Assembly: GCF_006345805.1 (NCBI RefSeq)
Contig: NC_043004.1
Span: 76,508,001-76,572,000, forward strand
DNA length: 64,000 nucleotides
Direction of reading: 5' to 3'
Source: Octopus sinensis
Taxonomy: Eukaryota
The notes under the pieces are model-generated. The model ran no database searches. It saw nothing but the letters and a program-made list of their open reading frames with translations, and was not told where the DNA came from. Each line of letters begins with the position of its first letter. Within the stretch, counting starts at the first letter, position 1. A program made the translations under genes and the position numbers. Positions 1 through 10,489 of this stretch are shown here, piece by piece.

Positions 1-435
1 ATCTATATAATATATATATATATATATATTTATGTGTGTATTTATGTATACATGCGTATATATATATTAATATAATATATATAAATTATGTGTATTTTAT
101 GTATACATGTTGAATGTGTGTGTGTTTGCTATGTTGTGTATGTGTGTTATGTCATATGGTGATTTTTTTTTTTTCATTTCTGTATGTAAATTCTATTCTT
201 TTTTTTTACGTATTATTTTTGATGTCTGTTCAGACGTGTGTGTGTGTGTGAACGGAATTGTGTGCATTTGTTTGCACGTGTGTGCTTAATGTTGACAAAT
301 ACGTATGCGTATACAAGTGTGGAGGTGTGTGTATGTGCGTGTGGGGGTGTATGTGTAGGCGTGTGTTTGATGGAAAATTCAGTGCTTCCTTTTCTTTAAA
401 GATAGTCAAAGAGTAATGTTAGAGTAAAGTGAAAG

Positions 436-942
436 TGGCGGCGGTCGTGGTGGTGGTAGTGGCCGTGGTGGTGGTGCTGCTGTTTTAGGTGGTGGTGGTG
501 GTGCTGGTTGTGATGGTAAAGTGCGATGATGATGCTTTTGGCAATGGTAGCAGTGGCAGAGACAATACTGGTGGTGGTGGCGGTTGAGATGGTGGCGGTG
601 GTGGTGGTGGTGGTGGGGTGGTGGTGGTGCTGTGTTTATGCTGGTGGTGGTAGTGGCCGTGGTGGTGGTGCTGCTGTTTTAGGTGGTGGTGGTGGTGCTG
701 GTTGTGATGGTAAAGTGCGATGATGATGCTTTTGGCAATGGTAGCAGTGGCAGAGACAATACTGGTGGTGGCAGTGGTGGTGGTGGTGGCGATGGTGTTG
801 GTGGTGGTGGCGGTGGTGGCGGTTGAGATGGTGGTGGTGGTGATAAGGACAGTAAGAAACACAGTAATGGTGAGACTGTTATGTGTTGTAACATTAGTAA
901 CTTGTGAGGTTGAGAGTAGTTTTAGGAGCATCATTACTCTGC

Positions 943-973
<31 letters not shown>

Positions 974-1330
974 CTGTCACCACTACCATCACCATCACCA
1001 TCACCAACATCACCATTACTGTTACCACTACCACCACCACAACCACCAACACTGTTACCACTACCACTACCACCACCACCACTACCACTACCACCAACAT
1101 TGCCACCACCAACACCACCACTACCACCAACATTGCCATCACCACCACCAACAATACTGCCACCAAAACCACCACCACCACCACAACTGCCACCACCACT
1201 AACATCAATACTATCACTACCACCACCACCACCACCACCACAACCTCCAACACTACTACCACTACTACCACCATACCACCACCATCACAACCACCACCTC
1301 AACCACCACCTCAACCACCACCACCACCAC
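436..1330. repeat. (GGT)n-rich block (with a 194-bp tandem duplication) followed by a (CAC)n-rich block
   Basis: The segment tagtggccgt...gagacaatactggtgg occurs at ~457 and ~651 (offset 194; identical ORF starts at 526 and 720). CAC/CAA/CTA triplets run ~940-1330. Confidence 0.9.
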
Positions 1331-2029
1331 CAGGAGTCAGATATGGACATATACAGAACGAAAAAGAACCAGTAAGATTAGCAAATTGCCAAAAGAAGCA
1401 GAAAACTGACAAAAACGAGAGAAAATATTTAAAAGTCAACAAATATGAATTTTATGAAGAATAAAAAGAAAAAAGAAACTGCATTGAAAGTAAAGTGGAT
1501 TAAGGAAAAGAGAAATATTTGAGTATTTTTAAAGGTAGTCTCTAGATTTGCCCAGATCAGATGTATGCGAAACCATTTTTGCCAAATTTTTCTGTAGTTG
1601 CTAAATAACAGAGAAATATAAATGGAATGAGAGGATTTGTATTAAAATATGAAGCAGTAAGAGATATGGGTGTAGATGAAGTAACAATAATTGATAGAAA
1701 TATATGTATTATGTATTTGTGTATATATTATATATATAATGATGTAGGAAAAAAAATTAAAAAACAGGGAGAGAAAAAGCAGGAGTAAGAAAAGAGAAAC
1801 TTTATGAATGACAATGTGAAAAAAAATCTGACAAGGAAAAAAGGGGGGGAAAAAAGACAACTTCTTTTGGAGATACAGGGGAGGAGGGGTTAGAATGTGT
1901 GTGTGTGTGCGTTTGCACAAACATAATCATAGAAGGAGATATCTACACATAAATATGTGAGTGTGAATTTCAGTATAAATATGCATGATAAATGTGTGTT
2001 TGTTGTGTGTGTATATATTTATATATTAG

Positions 2030-2287
2030 ATAGAAAGAAAGAAAGAAAGAAAGAGAGAAGGATAGAAAGAAGAAAGAAAGAAAGAAAGATAGAAAGAAAG
2101 GAAGATAGCTAGATAGACAGACAGACAGAAAGAAAGAAAGAAAGAAAAAGAAAGAAAGAAAGAAAGCTAGCTAGCTAGATAGAAAAATAGAAATAAGAAA
2201 GAAACAAAGAAAGCTAGCTAGCTAGCTAGATAAATAGATAGATAGATAGATAGATAGAGATAGACAGATAGATAGATAGAGATAGAC

Positions 2288-2318
<31 letters not shown>

Positions 2319-2440
2319 CAGATGCACGGACAAACAGACAAATAGACAGACAGACAGACTCATAGACAGACTCACAGACAGACAGATAGACAGACAGACA
2401 AACTCACAGACAGACAGACAGATAGATAGATAGATATGCA
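2030..2440. repeat. Compound tetranucleotide microsatellite (GAAA/GATA/GACA)n
   Basis: Direct inspection. Confidence 0.95.
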
Positions 2441-2499
2441 CATATATATGTGTGTGCAAATGCATATATGTGTGTGCAAATGCATATATGTGTAACAGT

Positions 2500-2575
2500 T
2501 TTGGCTGATGAAGACAAGATGGAAGTCATGCTGTACTGATGATGTCTACCGAGACAGAAACACACATCAAGAGCT
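2500..2575 (+). ncRNA. Degenerate hammerhead-ribozyme-like motif pair
   Basis: CTGATGA at 2505 and 2536. The second is followed by stem TGTCT-ACCG-AGACA and GAAAC. Stem I is not formed. Confidence 0.4.
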
Positions 2576-2789
2576 CCCTTCTTGTCTTTTTCTTAATGGC
2601 ATATCAATTCTGTAAATTCTTGAAATAATCTCACCTTCCTATTTTGATATGATACCAATTACCATTAAGGAACAGGCCTACTCTCTTTGGCAGCAGAGAA
2701 AATTTTAATTAACCAAAAGTATATATTGTGTGTTAATTAATATGTGTTTCTTCTTTGTTGTTTAAATAATCACCACTGGTCACTCAGAG

Positions 2790-2953
2790 ATATTGATACA
2801 TATATGGTGGTTGTCGACTCCTTATGCAGAGCTTGACCACCTCTTGTACCTACACCTTAGCACCATCATGGCGTCTGATGTGGCTTTTTAAACCAGACAA
2901 TGTTTTGAAAAGACACCCACATAGATTGCATATCTGATTTGAACAACCAAGAG
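2790..2953 (-). mobile_element. Single C2H2 zinc-finger coding remnant, probably the 3' end of an RTE-like LINE ORF2 (alternatively a terminal exon)
   Basis: CNLCGCLFKTLSGLKSHIRRH (C-x2-C-x3-F-x5-L-x2-H-x3-H), stop at 2850, then a GGTGGT...ACCACC stem-loop and TA-rich sequence. Confidence 0.5.
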
Positions 2954-2992
2954 CTGCAGATATAGAAATACACATACACACACATATATATA

Positions 2993-3600
2993 GGTGCAGG
3001 AGCAGCTGTGTAGTAAGAAGCTTGTTTCTCAACCACATGGTTCTGGGTTCAGTCTCACTGTGTGGCATCCTGGGCAAGTATCTTGTACTATAACCTTGGG
3101 CTGACCAAAGCCTTGTGAGTGGATTTGGTAGATGGAAACTGAAAGAAGCCTTTCGTATTTATATATATGTATGTATTTATTTAAAAACTGTCTGACGAAT
3201 GGGAACATGAAACTCTGAGTAACAGCTTTTGCTATATTTCTGCTGCTTTTAAATAAAGCATATTACTCTACCTCTGGTATTTGAGTACTCTTTTTTCCAC
3301 CTTGTTTCACATTTATGTGCTTACTCTGGTGTACATATGCATGTATGCATGTATGTATGTGTGTGTGTGTGTGTATGTATGTGTGTATGTATTTGTGTGT
3401 CTGTGTTTGTCCCCTACCATCACTTGACAACTGATGTTGGTGTGTTTACGTCCTCGTAACTTAACGGTTCGGCAAAAGGAAGTGATAAAATAAGTACTAG
3501 GCTTACAAAGAATAAGTCGTGGGGTCAATTTGTTTGACAAAGGTGGTGCTCTAGCATGGCCACAGTCAAATGACTGAAATAAGTAAAAGAATAATAGAAT
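2993..3600 (+). mobile_element. tRNA-derived SINE family A (head, CORE-like ccttgggcaag segment, TG microsatellite, conserved tail), interrupted by a hammerhead-bearing insert
   Basis: Homologous copies at ~23620-24055, 38700-39010, 39445-39850, 51850-52120 and 57100-57420. Confidence 0.85.
3183..3230 (+). ncRNA. Type I hammerhead ribozyme (complete core)
   Basis: Stem I CTGT(3188-91)/ACAG(3222-25), extended by AAAA/TTTT; core CTGACGA (3192-98); stem II ATG-GGAA-CAT; GAA; stem III ACT-CTG-AGT; cleavage triplet GUA. Confidence 0.7.
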
Positions 3601-3907
3601 TAAAGAATGTATATACATATATATATATATAGTAGACTCTCAGACTATGTACCTATTTGTATATTTGTTTTTTGATGTGTGTTTAGTGGTTTTGCGTGTG
3701 TGTGTGTGTAAACTTGGAGCCAACATATTCTGCAATATGATTGATGTTGTTTGAATCAATATGTCAGAATGTTAATTTTTATAATTTAGAATATTTTAAT
3801 GGAAGGATCGAGATTCCTGCAGTTTTGATTTGCACAGCAATGGTTGGATGATGATTAAGATGTTTTTCTTAGAATAGTGATTGATTTTGGAACATCAGAT
3901 GGAAAGA

Positions 3908-4424
3908 CATTTCTACTCTAGGCACAGGGTCTGAAATTTTGGGAGAGGGAGCCAGTCGATTAGATCAACCCCAGTATGCAACTGGTACTTAATTTATCGA
4001 CCTCAGAAGGATGAAAGGCAAAGTCAACCTTGGCGGAATTTGAACTCAGAATGTAAAGACAGATGAAATACCTATTTCTTTACTGCCCACAAGGGGCTAC
4101 ATACAGAGGGGACAAACAAGGACAGACAAACGGATTAAGACGATCATATCGACCCCAGTGCATATCTGGTACTTATTTAATCGACCCCGAAAGGATGATA
4201 GGCAAAGTCAACCTCAGCGGTATTTGAACTCAGAATGTAAAGACAAACGAATACCACTAAGCATTTTGCTCGGCGTGCTAACGATTCTGCCAGCTTGCTG
4301 CCTTTGAAAGAATGAAAGGCAAAGTCAACTTCGGTGCAATTTGAACTCAGAATGTAAAGACAGACGAAATGCCGCTAAGCATTTCGCTTGACGTGCTAAT
4401 GTTTCTGCCAGCTTGCTGCCTTAA
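3908..4424 (-). mobile_element. Multimeric tRNA-derived SINE family B (three head modules in tandem)
   Basis: Repeated gagttcaaattcc B-box-like motif and the conserved ctttcatcctttcggggtcgat...agtaccag domain. Many copies in the window. Confidence 0.85.
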
Positions 4425-4564
4425 ATCAGATGGGAAGACTGCATTCCAAATAATGAAGGACTGGCAGAAAGGAAAAAACCATGAGAATCCAAACCACAGT
4501 TGATAAGCATCAATTCTGCTGTTTGTGATATGAACAAATGATACAGAGCCTGAGGAGATACCCA

Positions 4565-4800
4565 GGGGAAGTGCATGGCTTAGTGGTTAGGGTGTTGGAC
4601 TCGTAATTATAAGGTTGTGGTTTCAATTCCTGGATAGGGCAATGCATTGTGTTCTTGAGCAAAACACTTCATTTCATGTTGCTCCAGTTAATGAGGCTTT
4701 CTGCAACAGACCAACATCCTGTCCAGGTAGGAATATATACACGAGAGAAACCAGGAAACCAACCCTATGCTCCTTAAATGAGAAATGTGGACTAACCATG
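4565..4800 (+). mobile_element. tRNA-derived SINE family D
   Basis: A box tggcttagtggtt and B-box-like tttcaattcc. Homologue on the minus strand at ~47860-48095. Confidence 0.75.
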
Positions 4801-5763
4801 TGAGGAATACCCAAACATGCCTTGTATGTTGAGTTTGAGGACAATTATTCTTCAAGTGGTGCCCCAACTGAGCAGAAAGCAGGTCAAGAATGTTGATCCA
4901 TTATCATCATCATCTTAACATCCACTTTACCCTGTCAGCATGGGTTGGATGGAATTTCTTGTGGTGGATCTTCTACAGCTGGATGTCCTTCCTGTCACCA
5001 ACCCTCGCTCATTTCCAAGTAATGGCAATATTTCCCTATGGCCAGACGTATCTTGGAAGATTGAAAATGAAGGTCACTGCTTGTGTAACAGTGACACTCA
5101 TTTGCACGTGATGTGAAGGCAATCTTTGACTTGTTTCAGTCGTTAGACTGTGGCCCTACTAGAGCATCACCTTGCAGAATTTTAGTTAAACAAATTAACC
5201 TCAGTACTTTTTTTTTCCTAAGCCTGGTTCTTATTTTATCAGTCTCTTTTACCAAATTACTTGTCAAGCAGTGGTAGTGGACATACACACACACACACAC
5301 ATACACACACACACACACACATTCATATGTTTTGTAATATTTAGCAGAAGCAACAGAGTGACTCAAGGGCCAAGAATCTCATGTGTAGGCACTTATCGTA
5401 CATACATACATGTATAAACCCACCAGTCTTATTACCAAATATGATAAATATTTTTAGCATATCAATGGTAATACCATACAACACTGGAAGCAGAAACAGC
5501 TGTTAGATGGGATGCAGTCTATTTGCATTGAATTAAATAATAATTGATGTAAGTCAATTGTTGTTCATTGATATTTCTCCATTTTCTGTCTTCTTTAAAT
5601 TTGGATTCTTGATAAACTCATGTTTATCCTTGTCTTTACCTATAATTTATGAGCATAATATGCTTGCATATGTATGCCCATGGTTAAACATAGGTAATAT
5701 ACCAGTAGTGTAATGGATACTTCTATCCCTTAGGTAGTTATTTTAACCTTTAACTCAGTTAAC

Positions 5764-5800
<37 letters not shown>

Positions 5801-5806
<6 letters not shown>

Positions 5807-5918
5807 GGTAGGCTGGTTTATGGTGTTGCCCTGGGTTTCTCACTCATAAGAGGTTTAGCCTTAAGCCCTTAAGAGCAAGAAATCCAAGGTGACCCCCATA
5901 AATCGGCCTGTCCCACTA
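5801..5918 (+). other. ~120-nt imperfect hairpin (short MITE or pre-miRNA-like)
   Basis: 5801-5840 pairs with 5878-5918: by hand 31 WC pairs, 6 G-U pairs, 3 mismatches and 1 bulge. Confidence 0.6.
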
Positions 5919-6489
5919 TAATATTTACTGCTCTACATCTTAGAGTGTGCTTCTCCTCTGGATTTATGTGGAATGGTTGGCATTAGGAAGGGCATCCAGC
6001 CATAGAACCCAAACCAAAACAGTTTGGAGCCTGGTGCAGCTCTCTGGTTTACCAGACCCAGTTAAACCATCTTACCCTTGCTAGCATGGAAAACAGACGC
6101 TAAATGATGATGATGGTGATGACGATGCTGATGCTGATGATGATGATGATATTAATGATGATATGTATGTGTGTGTGTATGTCTTTGTGTCAGTGTTTGT
6201 CCCCCACTACCATTTGTCGACTGGTGTTGCTCTGTTTACATCCTCGTAACTTAGCAGTTCGGCCAAAGAGACTGATAGAATAAATAGCAGACTTTAAAAC
6301 ACAAAAGTATTGGGTTTGATTTATTCAACCAAAATTCTTCAAGGTGGTACCCCAGCATGGCCACAGTCTAGTGACTGAAACACATAAAAGTTAAAAGTGA
6401 TTCACATTGGAATCTGCTGGAATGTACTCAGAACAAATATATTAGTCACCATTTTGAATCTGACCATTCACCATGTCTGAGGTTTTGTT

Positions 6490-6779
6490 TGTTCCTTCTC
6501 GAGCCATGCCTGGCTCATAAGGGCCAGTTTGCCGGTTTCCTTGGTGTATAGGTTCCCCACCTGGACGGAACGCCAGTCCGTCACAGGTGAGCTGCAGGAG
6601 GAAAGAGTGGGAGAAAGTTGTGGTGAAAGAGTCAGCAGAAGTTCGCCATTACCTTCTGTCAGAGCCGCGTGGAGCTTAGGTGTTTTGCTCATAAACACAC
6701 ACATCGCCCGGTCTGAGATTCGAACCTGCGATCCCTGGACCACAAGTCCGCTGCTCTAACCACTAGGCCATGTACCTCC
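6490..6779 (-). mobile_element. tRNA-derived SINE family C
   Basis: Minus-strand head ggaggtacatggcctagtggttagagc...ggttcgaatc (A and B boxes). Related body at ~23005-23250 and ~19145-19265. Confidence 0.85.
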
Positions 6780-7468
6780 ACATGTCTGAGGTGATATATT
6801 CAAACCCATCCCCCAAATCAGCATTTTACTTGATCGCTTTTCTCTCCTCTTTTACCATTATAAGCAGTTTTTAAAGACAATAAAAGGATGAACCAGCATT
6901 ATTGAATTGATTTAGTTTTTTCTTTGAACTAATCTCTTCCCCCACCCCAACGAATCTGGATGAGACTACGAAAGGCTCTGAGTGCAGCCCCTACTTTTTT
7001 GTTGAAATAACTTAACACAGAAGCAGGAACTACACTCAAAACCTTTTGTTGAATGCCCCAGACTGGTGGGGTCAATGCAGTCGAATATTGTTTTGTATTC
7101 CTGGAGATCAATATTTACTGTGAACAAAAAAAAAAAAAATGGGTGAGGTGGGGGAAAATTCCAGAAGGGTGCATCTTCTGAAAGGAATAATTGACCAAGG
7201 TATTTGGTACAAGATCTGGATAATGAAATACAATGCTGAGATGGGTGCACTGAATGGGTGTAGTGGGAGGGTGGCATGCAGCTGGCTAGTTCAAATGAGG
7301 TGGACTGCCCTTAGAAGGGGTAGAAGAGGCAGAATGGAGATAACACCAGGTCAGTGAGTTAGTGGTTGCAGCATGGTTGAATGGTCAGCATGTTTACTTT
7401 ACAATCACAAAGCCCCAGATTTAATTTCACAGCAAAGCATTTTATACAAATATGTTTTTTTACAATAG

Positions 7469-7544
7469 TTTTGGATGGAGCCAGGCCTTCTGAATGAAGC
7501 TGAACAGACAAAAACTGTTTTGGAAGGCCTGCAGATGTACTGGG
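7469..7544 (+). CDS. Candidate internal exon (FWMEPGLLNEAEQTKTVLEGLQMYW), product unknown
   Basis: tttttttacaatAG acceptor, open frame, GG|GTCAGT donor, non-repetitive sequence. No homology recognised. Confidence 0.25.
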
Positions 7545-7578
7545 GTCAGTAATCTCAAGTCTGTATATATATTTATAT

Positions 7579-7698
7579 ACCGGAGTAAGCACATAAATGT
7601 GAAACAAGGTGGAAAAAAGAGTACTCAAATAGCAGAGGTAGAGTAATATGCTTTATTTAAAAGCAGCAGAAATATAACAAAAGCTGTCACTCGAAGTT
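7579..7698 (-). mobile_element. Second, truncated copy of the repeat that carries the 3183-3230 hammerhead
   Basis: Reverse complement of ~3215-3331. It diverges just before the catalytic core. Confidence 0.75.
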
Positions 7699-7961
7699 GC
7701 TTTTAAATAAAGTATATATTTATATATGTCAAAACAAAGACGGATTAATAAGGGATTAGTAATCCAGGGGAAATACTTCTTAAGTTCTCTCCAGATAAAA
7801 ATAAACAAGGTTAACAAAAACGTTTTGTGACCAGTCTTGTATCCCAGGCAACCTGAAATCAAAACCTATCAGCAATCAAATTTGTAAATCCATGGTTCTG
7901 TTACCAAGTTAAGATGGAGTGTTTTTACAGAGTAATAGAATAGAAACAATGGATTATGGAT

Positions 7962-10370
7962 TATGATTTTTGATTTTGATTTTTCCAGTTTCAGCTTATG
8001 AGCTGTGGCCATGCTGGGGCACCGCCATTTGGTGTTGCTACATGGTTTCACTTCATGAAGGCTTTCTAGCAACTGCTATTTGGTGCATGAGAGAGTTCGA
8101 TGCAGCTGCCCTCATCTGCCCCTCCTGCCGTGAAGTTGGTTCATCTGGGACACCTGACAGGAAGAGATCCAGCTTCATTTTAAAGACATCTGTATCCACC
8201 CCATGCAGGTCTCTCAGGTTCTTCGGGAGGATATTGAAGAGCTGTGGGCCTCGGAAGCCCAGGCTATCACAGTATCTTGTCCTACATCTTGATGGCAAGT
8301 TTGGAGTCCTAGGCACCACGCAGTGGCGCCCAGTTCTGGCATTTGCGTAACTCTCGATGCCAAAGTTCAGGACACTTCCCTCCAGGATCTTCCAGATGTA
8401 TATTATGGCATATCTTTCCCGCCTACGCTCCAATAGCTTACATTCTGCATAGAGGCTATCTTCTTCGTGTAGCTACGTTGGATCGCCTCGAGCTCTGTGA
8501 TCAACTTGACACTGGATGGTGACCATAACTGAGAGCCGTAGTCAAAGTGGCTTAGGACAAGTGTCCTCCAGAGGACCATCATGGTTTCTTGTTCTCTTGT
8601 TCTAAAGGTTCTGAGGATCCATCCGGCCAGTCGTCTACATTTCATTGCCAATTTAGCAACATGTACACGAAAGATCGCGTCATCACTCATGTAAATACCT
8701 AGGTCACGCACTGATTGTGCCTCTGGGATTGCTATCCTCCGGGTCCAGTGTATTCATTGGGTATTGCATTTAGTTTTGCATGCTGATAGTATAGAGCTTG
8801 AAACTTTTCAGCATTGAACTGCATGCTATTCTTTTCGGCCCACTTGTATATTTTGTCTAGCTCACATTGCAGGTGTTTAGTATCCTCAGGGTTCTGTATT
8901 GCCTGTGAAACTTTTGTATCATCTGCATAACTTGTGATCGTGGCTCTCTGCGTGGCTGAGGGCATGTCTGAGAGGGCCATTATGAACAGTAGTGGTCCCA
9001 GAACAGTGCCCTGCGGAACACCGCTCACTATTTGCGTGTTAATGGAAGTGGCCCCATTGGCCACTACCACCTGACTTCTATCTTTCAGAAAGTCATGAAG
9101 CCATTCTCCCAGTTTTCCAACTATGTTGAGATCACGCAGTTTGTGACATATCATTCCATGATCGACTTTATCAAAGGCCTTTGCAAAGTCGAGATATATC
9201 ACTTCCACATTTGAGTGGTTGAGCAGCCGTTTCAGCACCCAGTCATAGTGTTGTAGGAGCTGAGTTAAACAGCTTCTCCCTGGTCGGAAACCATGTTGGG
9301 TGTCGGGCAGCAAGTCATTTTCTTCAAGGAAGGTGATCAGCTTCCTTCCGACTATTCGTTCCATGACCTTGCTGATGTGTGAGGTCAGAGAGATAGGTCT
9401 ATAGTTCTTGGCTTCCGCTCTGCTACCTCCTTTATGAATGGGGCATATTTTACCTTCCTTCAGTTTTCTTGGAAGTTTGCCAGCTGCAAGGAAGCTCTGA
9501 AAGAGGAACTGCAGTGGTCTTGCTAGGACTCTCTTACATGCTTTTAGGAGGATTGCCGGGAATCCATCGGGGCCAGTAGCTGAGTCTGTTTTCATTTCAT
9601 CTATAGCCTTGATTACATCGTCTTCCTTTATATCGATGTAATCTATCGTCGCCGCCTCTGATTTTATATCTGCAGTGGTAAAAAAGTCAGTTGGATTGGT
9701 GATTTGGAGATGCCCAAGGGGTGGAGTGAAAACACTCTTGAATTGCTCATTCAGTATTTCACTTACCTTCATTGGTTTTCCTGTAAGTGTGCCATCCTTT
9801 TCGAGGAGTGGCCCTATTCTACAGTGCACCGTAGCTGTTTCTTGGCATACCTGTAGAAAGCTCTGGGGTTAGATTTATGTTGTCTATAGCCAGGCTTCTT
9901 TGTCTGCTCTTTCCTTTTTCATGGGAGAGTTTCAGACATTTTTCGATTTCCAACAGTTTTATTTTTAGGCGGGACTTTTCACTGCTTTCAATCTGTTTGT
10001 TTAGGCGATTTGAAAATTTCGTACGCCGTCTCATTAAAATTTTCCTCTCTCTGGGGATTTTGTTCTTGTGTACAGTGGCCTTTCTCTCTGGGACACATTT
10101 GTAGCATATGGCTTGCATTACAGACATGAATTGTTGAAGTTTCACGTCGATGTCTGGCGAGGAGAGACATTTAGGCCAGTTTTGTTTGAGGATCTCTTTC
10201 TCAGTTTGTTTCCAGTTTGCCTTATGGTAGTTCAAGCTGGAAAGATTCTGGGGGTTTCTTGTAGGCTGCATGTCCGTGCTCTCTTTTGGCCCGTACATGG
10301 TCAGCTCTATCATGTTGTGATCCGAGAGTAGTGTCGGTGTCACTTTCACATTATGGATGAGATCCATGTC
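7962..10370 (-). mobile_element. CR1-type LINE, 5'-truncated ORF2 (endonuclease C-terminus, RT and C-terminal domain) with frameshifts
   Basis: ORFs 9819-10367 (SDH motif), 8732-9829 (NYRPISLTS, DFAKAFDKV, PQGTVLGPLLF, YADD), 8403-8711 and 8053-8433. Short 3' UTR ending in aaatca repeats. Confidence 0.95.
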
Positions 10371-10489
10371 ATTTGTGAAGCATTATCCATTATTCATTTA
10401 TTAGAGGCTTACAGTTGTTTCATAGATGTGTTTGAGTGTGTTCATGGTTCAATCTTTTCAATTGATTGATTGATTGACTGAAAATAAAG

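Noticed and set aside
485-1464. Poly-Val/Thr/His/Pro ORFs, and similar ORFs at 20657-21244, 37876-38658, 40294-41086 and 50932-51807
   Set aside because: Translations of tri- and tetranucleotide microsatellites.
6966-7277. IDLQEYKTIFDCID resembling an RT FxDxxKAFD motif
   Set aside because: Too degenerate, with no flanking RT motifs in frame.
7945-10395. Target-site duplication around the CR1 element
   Set aside because: The flanks show only a short inverted similarity (aatggattatg / cattatccatt), not a direct repeat.
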